Part shown: positions 52,550-57,180 of the stretch, piece after piece
Position numbering within the stretch: position 1 is the first letter of the stretch
How the letters are laid out: the number at the start of each line of letters is the position of its first letter
Source: Patescibacteria group bacterium
GTDB taxonomy: Bacteria; Patescibacteriota; Patescibacteriia; JBDRGY01
DNA: 57,180 nucleotides
Assembly (NCBI GenBank): GCA_043817315.1
Contig: JBDRGY010000003.1
Location: 1 to 57,180 of the forward strand
Direction of reading: 5' to 3'
Program-made: the position numbers and the translations under genes
Notes under the pieces: model-generated
Told to the model about the DNA's origin: nothing
Seen by the model: only the letters and a program-made list of their open reading frames with translations
Databases searched by the model: none

Positions 52550-53536
52550 ATGAAAGGGATTTGGTCTGCTTCCGCTTTGCGGAACATCCTGACCTGCCCC
52601 TTGATGTTCTACCTGGATCGTTTGCTACGTAGCCCGGTTCCTTACAGAGCTGACCGGGCCTTTGGCGGGATGGTGCATTTCTGCATGAAGCGGTTCTTCA
52701 GTGTGCGCTACAAATCTTTCAGCACCTTCCTCAACTTTGCCCTGGGATTCTGGGAGGGTGTGGTCAATGGAGATCACGGACCCGACAGCTTTTCGCCTCA
52801 AGTTTCTCGGCCACACGATATTCAGTGGATCGGCAGACGCGACGCCGAGTTCTATACCGAGAGACTGGTTTGGGTACTGTGGTTGTTCTGGGAAATAAAC
52901 ATCGAGATGCGGGATATCCCAGAGTTACAGCCGGAAGTGGAAAAACACATCAGCTACCGCTTTGGCCCCTTTAGTCTTCGGGGAACCATTGACCGGCTAC
53001 AGCCGCATGAGGCTGGCGGAGTGGAAATCTGGGATTACAAAACCTGGCCGCTGGATGATTTACGGACGGTTAATGATCTGCAGATGACTACTTACGATCT
53101 CTGGTATCGGATTGAAAACGGTCTGATACCCCGTGGCCTTTACATTTACAGTTACTATGAAGGAAGAGATGTCCCGGTTCCCCTGAGATCAGATGCGGAC
53201 TTCCAGTTTTTCTTCCGCTTGCTACAGGAAGCCACTGCGTATGTCCGGGCGGTTCTGCTGCAAAGTGAGGCCGATGCCGAGATCCTGGACCGCAGTCATT
53301 TCCAGCACTGGCGCTTGGATGCTGAGCTGGGCACCTTCTGTCCCCGCTACGTGGAATGTCCCATTCCTTTCTGTCCCCATCGCGATGAGTGTCTCAAATG
53401 GTTTGAGGATCACCGCAACGGTCTGCCCATGGTCAAAGCCAGCCAGCTAATGACCGCTGAGTTCCAGGCCAGGGTCGAGGCTAAAGACGCCGAAAAAGGA
53501 CATCCCCATCAGGAAACACTCATTCTGGAGGAATGA
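52550..53536 (+). CDS. PD-(D/E)XK nuclease, Cas4/RecB-like, with a four-Cys cluster
   Basis: N-terminal CPLMFYL, GTIDRL...VEIWDYKT core, C-terminal CPRYVECPIPFCPHRDEC. An alternative TTG start at 52514 follows AGGAGG. Confidence 0.7.
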   Translation: MKGIWSASALRNILTCPLMFYLDRLLRSPVPYRADRAFGGMVHFCMKRFFSVRYKSFSTFLNFALGFWEGVVNGDHGPDSFSPQVSRPHDIQWIGRRDAEFYTERLVWVLWLFWEINIEMRDIPELQPEVEKHISYRFGPFSLRGTIDRLQPHEAGGVEIWDYKTWPLDDLRTVNDLQMTTYDLWYRIENGLIPRGLYIYSYYEGRDVPVPLRSDADFQFFFRLLQEATAYVRAVLLQSEADAEILDRSHFQHWRLDAELGTFCPRYVECPIPFCPHRDECLKWFEDHRNGLPMVKASQLMTAEFQARVEAKDAEKGHPHQETLILEE

Positions 53537-53571
53537 TCAATACGAGGACGAGTCAATCGTCCTCTTTTTTA

Positions 53572-53601
53572 TTGACAGAATGATTAGGTTTGTGATAAAG
53601 T
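53572..53601 (+). promoter_or_regulatory. Promoter of comM
   Basis: TTGACA-N18-TAAAGT, immediately after the terminator GAGGACGA..TCGTCCTC-TTTTTT. Confidence 0.45.
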
Positions 53602-53641
53602 ATATTTAAGGACGGGCCAATGACGGGTCCGTATTTTTAAT

Positions 53642-55162
53642 TTGAAAAAGGTGTCAGCCAAAGTATTTTCCGCTGCAGTAATCGGCCTGGACAGCGAATT
53701 AATCGAGGTAGAAGTAGATATTTCCTCGGGGCTGCCTAATTTTTTGATCGTAGGTTTACCCGATGCCGCTGTTCAAGAATCCAGAGAAAGAGTAAGGTCA
53801 GCTATCAAAAATTCCGGTTTTGATTTTCCCAAAACCCGGGTAACTGTAAACTTAGCCCCGGCTGATCTCAAAAAAGTTGGACCGGCTTATGATCTACCCA
53901 TTGCCCTTTCTATCTTGATTCAAAGAAAGGTGGTTGATTTCGACTTTTATCAAAAAATATTTATAGGCGAATTAGCTCTTGACGGCAGCCTGAGGAAAGT
54001 AAACGGGATTTTACCAATTGTATTATTGGCCAAGCAACTGGCAATAGGAGAAGTCTATCTTCCAGTGGACAATGCCAAAGAGGCAAGCCTGGTTGAAGGT
54101 ATGAAAATTTTTTCCGTTAATAATTTAAAACAGCTTGTTGGTCATTTTAAAAGAAAGCCTCTGGACCGGTATCAGCCGAAACAGATTAAACCCCCATTAT
54201 TAAACTACGCTCACGACTTTTCCCGGATCAGAGCCCAGGATCATGCCAAGCGGGCTTTAGAAATCGCCGCAGCTGGAGGACACAACGTTTTATTGTCAGG
54301 ACCTCCGGGCTCGGGAAAAACCTTATTAGCCAAATCTCTGCCCTCGATACTGCCCATCTTGACTAACGACGAATCTTTACAGGTTACCAAGATCTACTCA
54401 GTATCCGGCTTGATCCGGACCGATAAACCGTTAATTTCTCAGAGACCCTTCCGTTCTCCCCATCATACTTCCTCCGGAGTTTCCCTGATTGGCGGAGGCA
54501 GTTTTCCCAAACCTGGTGAGATTTCTTTGGCCCACCGCGGCGTTTTGTTCTTAGACGAACTAAGTGAATTCCCCCGCAAGGTTTTAGAAAACTTGCGTCA
54601 GCCCCTGGAAGACGGAATAATAACTGTAGCCAGAGCAGCCGGCACTGTTACTTACCCGGCCGAATTTATTTTAGTAGCAGCCACTAACCCTTGTCCCTGT
54701 GGCTTTGCCACTGATCCGGAGAAAGAGTGTGTTTGTACTCCGGCCCAAATCATCAAATACCAGAAAAAGATTTCAGGACCCCTGCTGGATCGTATTGACT
54801 TACACGTGGAAGTACCCCGGCTCAGCTTCCAGAAGATTACCAGGGATAAACGAACTGAATCTTCAGACACTATCCGTCAACGGGTGGAAGCGGCCAGACA
54901 AATTCAAAAAAAACGTTTTGCAGACGAGAAGACAATCAGTAACGCCGAAATGGACAACCGCTTAATTGAGAAATTTTGTGATTTAGATAAGCAATGTACT
55001 CAATTATTAAAGAAGGCAGTTAACCAATTTTTTCTATCAGTCCGTTCTTACATGAGAATCTTGAAAATGGCTCGGACCATCGCTGATCTGGAGAACAGTA
55101 ATAAAATTTCAATTACTCATATTGCTGAAGCTCTACAATATCGATTGAAGGATTACCATTAG
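53642..55162 (+). CDS. comM: Mg-chelatase-like ATPase ComM/YifB
   Basis: N-terminal Lon-like domain, Walker A GPPGSGKT, VLFLDE, C-terminal ChlI-like region. Confidence 0.9.
   Translation: MKKVSAKVFSAAVIGLDSELIEVEVDISSGLPNFLIVGLPDAAVQESRERVRSAIKNSGFDFPKTRVTVNLAPADLKKVGPAYDLPIALSILIQRKVVDFDFYQKIFIGELALDGSLRKVNGILPIVLLAKQLAIGEVYLPVDNAKEASLVEGMKIFSVNNLKQLVGHFKRKPLDRYQPKQIKPPLLNYAHDFSRIRAQDHAKRALEIAAAGGHNVLLSGPPGSGKTLLAKSLPSILPILTNDESLQVTKIYSVSGLIRTDKPLISQRPFRSPHHTSSGVSLIGGGSFPKPGEISLAHRGVLFLDELSEFPRKVLENLRQPLEDGIITVARAAGTVTYPAEFILVAATNPCPCGFATDPEKECVCTPAQIIKYQKKISGPLLDRIDLHVEVPRLSFQKITRDKRTESSDTIRQRVEAARQIQKKRFADEKTISNAEMDNRLIEKFCDLDKQCTQLLKKAVNQFFLSVRSYMRILKMARTIADLENSNKISITHIAEALQYRLKDYH
55108..55156. 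repeat. 49-bp direct repeat, copy 1 (native-looking 3' end of comM)
   Basis: Identical to 56057-56105 when checked base by base. Confidence 0.95.
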
Positions 55163-56056
55163 CCCTGAACATAATCCAACATACTTTGAGTTCGAATTGA
55201 CCAAAAGACTACCAAAAGCATATAATTAAGCCGTAAAATGAGTTGACGGGGGCAGTGGAGTAAGATAGGTCGAGATTGTATACGTTGATGGCGGGGGTAT
55301 ACTACAGAGGGGGTACTAGTCAGTCTAATAACTATATTACGATACTTTGACTGTAATATTATTAAGACATAAAGACGTTAGGACAATATCATGAAAAAAA
55401 CATCAATCAACGGGTTTAAATTTATTGGCAATACAGTTGGCGGTTTTTTAGGAGGGGGTCTCGTTGGTCTAGCACTTTTATTTTGGATAGTATCGTGGAT
55501 GGAGTTACTTGAAAAAAAAATAGGTTGGTACTCAATTCCAGTGGCCATTGGCATTCTGATTTTCATACTTGTCCTGTTGTCTTTTATATTCTCAGACATT
55601 CGTAATTATATTAAAAAGAAAAAAGGGATTAAGAAAATAGACAATCAAGAAAAAAAGGTTTTTATGAAGAAACCCTTCCTTTGGGGACTAATTATTGGTA
55701 TCGTAATGTTTTTCCTTATTATTGGAATTTATTTGTGGCCGTATTTATTTGACCATGACGATAATTTATTGTTTATAGAATACAGAGAGTATAAAGCCGA
55801 TATCACTAACTTTGACTACATCGACACATCTAAAAGTTCATTTATTGAAGGCGCTTGGTTTGATGCCGATAATGAGTATATGATTATTAATCTAAATGGT
55901 AAAAATTATCAGAAATGTCGTTTACCTGAAAAAATCTGGGAAGAGTTTAAAGTAGCGAACTCGTTTGGGACATATTACAATTCACAAATAGAAGGAAAAT
56001 ATACGTGCACGTTTGGAAGTGTTCCAGACACCCCTGGTAAACCCGCAAATCGATAA
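55157..56056. mobile_element. 900-bp cassette inserted in the 3' end of comM
   Basis: Lies between two perfect 49-bp repeats and carries one gene. No recombinase. Confidence 0.55.
55391..56056 (+). CDS. Membrane protein with a C-terminal KTSC-like domain
   Basis: Three TM helices, then SSFIEGAWFDADNEYMIINLNGKNYQKCRLPEKIWEEFKVANSFGTYYNSQI. Confidence 0.6.
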   Translation: MKKTSINGFKFIGNTVGGFLGGGLVGLALLFWIVSWMELLEKKIGWYSIPVAIGILIFILVLLSFIFSDIRNYIKKKKGIKKIDNQEKKVFMKKPFLWGLIIGIVMFFLIIGIYLWPYLFDHDDNLLFIEYREYKADITNFDYIDTSKSSFIEGAWFDADNEYMIINLNGKNYQKCRLPEKIWEEFKVANSFGTYYNSQIEGKYTCTFGSVPDTPGKPANR

Positions 56057-56105
56057 TTCAATTACTCATATTGCTGAAGCTCTACAATATCGATTGAAGG
56101 ATTAC
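56057..56105. repeat. 49-bp direct repeat, copy 2 (displaced comM 3' end, reads ...KDY stop)
   Basis: Identical to 55108-55156. Confidence 0.95.
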
Positions 56106-56137
56106 TAATTTTGGCTGTTTTGTTATAATACAGACAA

Positions 56138-57046
56138 ATGGCTAAACAGAAACAATTTTATGTAATTGTTAATCCCACGGCTAATCGGGGAGACGCCGCT
56201 GCTATGATTCCACAATTGGAATCTCTTTTTAATACCAAAAAGATAGAGTACAAAATGGAAGTGACCAAAGCTCCGCTGCATGCTACCGAGCTAGCCAGGC
56301 AGGCAGCCAGTTCCGGTTACCCGGTTATCATTGCCGCCGGAGGTGACGGGACCGTTAATGAAGTAGTCAATGGCCTGGTTGGTTCCGATTCTGTTTTGGG
56401 GGTGCTGCCTTTGGGGTCGGGTAACGATTTTAGTAAGAATTTGGCCTTAAGAAAACAAGATCTTGATTTTGACTTGAAAGTGCTGCTTAAAAAGAAAGTA
56501 AAAAAAATAGATTTGGGTATTATTAACGATCATTATTTTGCTTCTCAAACCAGCATGGGGTTTACCGGCCGGGTAAATAATTACGTTAAGCAATCACCAG
56601 CCTTTTTGCGGGGCTACTCCATGATGATCTACTCTATAATGAGAATATTGATCGATTATTATCCGCACCATCTCCAGATAACCATGAAGGATGATAAGGA
56701 CAAGACAATAAAGTTGGACGGTGATTATACAATTTGTGACGTGGGCAATGGTCGCTACGAGGGTGATGGTTTTCAATTGACCCCGGATGCCAGATTGGAT
56801 GACGGTATTTTGGACGTCTGCCTGGCTGACACTGTCACCCGCAAGTATATTTTGAGGTTATTGCCCAAAATAATGCAGGGACAACACGTCAATATGCCCC
56901 ATATCTCCATGTATAAAGTAAAAGAAATTACGGTAGAATCAGATAAAATAATCCCCCTTCATTACGACGGAGAGCTAAACAATCAATACAAAAAGGTAGT
57001 TATCAAAGTTGTGCCGGCCGCCCTCAAAGTGATTAGCCACGATTAA
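56138..57046 (+). CDS. Diacylglycerol/lipid kinase (YegS/DagK family)
   Basis: AAGGDGTVNEVVNGL and LPLGSGNDFSK motifs. Confidence 0.85.
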   Translation: MAKQKQFYVIVNPTANRGDAAAMIPQLESLFNTKKIEYKMEVTKAPLHATELARQAASSGYPVIIAAGGDGTVNEVVNGLVGSDSVLGVLPLGSGNDFSKNLALRKQDLDFDLKVLLKKKVKKIDLGIINDHYFASQTSMGFTGRVNNYVKQSPAFLRGYSMMIYSIMRILIDYYPHHLQITMKDDKDKTIKLDGDYTICDVGNGRYEGDGFQLTPDARLDDGILDVCLADTVTRKYILRLLPKIMQGQHVNMPHISMYKVKEITVESDKIIPLHYDGELNNQYKKVVIKVVPAALKVISHD

Positions 57047-57051
57047 GTATC

Positions 57052-57083
57052 AAAAAAACAGTCGAGCCAGGGACTGTTTTTTC
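57052..57083. terminator. Bidirectional terminator
   Basis: ACAGTC-gagccagg-GACTGT flanked by an A-run and a T-run. Confidence 0.7.
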
Positions 57084-57089
57084 TTTTAT

Positions 57090-57180
57090 TTACAGATAGC
57101 TTAAGGGATTGACCTTGCTGCCATTGATAAATACTTCAAAGTGAAGGTGGGTGCCAGTGCACCAGCCAGTACAGCCCTGC
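57090..57180 (-). CDS. M23 peptidase, C-terminal end only (continues outside the window)
   Basis: Minus-strand frame reads ...GTHLHFEVFINGSKVNPLSYL stop. Confidence 0.7.
   Translation of the reverse strand, partial: QGCTGWCTGTHLHFEVFINGSKVNPLSYL

Noticed and set aside
1-57180. CRISPR arrays, rRNA genes, transposase/IS elements
   Set aside because: I scanned by eye for regularly spaced 25-40-nt repeats, rRNA-like conserved strings and DDE/transposase-like ORFs and found none. The only tandem DNA repeats are the 9-bp array at 36311 and the coding repeats.

Overview
This 57-kb window comes from an AT-rich bacterial genome with many small genes. The gene content looks Patescibacteria/CPR-like, but that is inference only. 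Supporting content: giant DUF11/sortase-anchored surface proteins, a CxxC-x17-CxxC-type zinc-ribbon peptide, many short membrane-anchored proteins with N/T-rich linkers, rpsO-pnp, lspA, comM, a Xer-like recombinase, and tRNA-His and tRNA-Arg.

Two segments are visibly more G+C-rich. Hand counts on single 60-nt lines gave about 60% inside them and about 28-43% in the flanks.

(1) About 9.4-22.9 kb, directly downstream of an NrtR-like Nudix regulator. It encodes a PP2C phosphatase, a kinase-like protein and a vWA protein (a TerY-P-type triad). It also encodes a full nicotinamide-to-NADP route: PncA-like, PncB, an NMNAT-NAD kinase fusion and NadE. In addition there are two tandem TRPM-type SLOG (LSDAT-like) proteins and several orphan genes. 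Its transcription units carry a shared two-hairpin AT-rich leader motif. This is my best candidate for an undescribed NAD/ADP-ribose-centred signalling, defence or counter-defence system.

(2) About 51.7-53.5 kb, holding a membrane protein and a Cas4/RecB-like PD-(D/E)XK nuclease behind an 18-bp inverted-repeat element.

Other accessory structure:
- A 4.2-kb arsenic-resistance island bounded by 19-bp direct repeats that contain the 3' end of a disrupted tRNA-His.
- An intact tRNA-His nested between the two halves of that disrupted gene.
- A 900-bp cassette in the 3' end of comM, flanked by perfect 49-bp direct repeats.
- Recurrent terminator, extended -10, N6, ATG (leaderless) modules.

All domain calls come from motif recognition by eye; no searches or folding programs were run.
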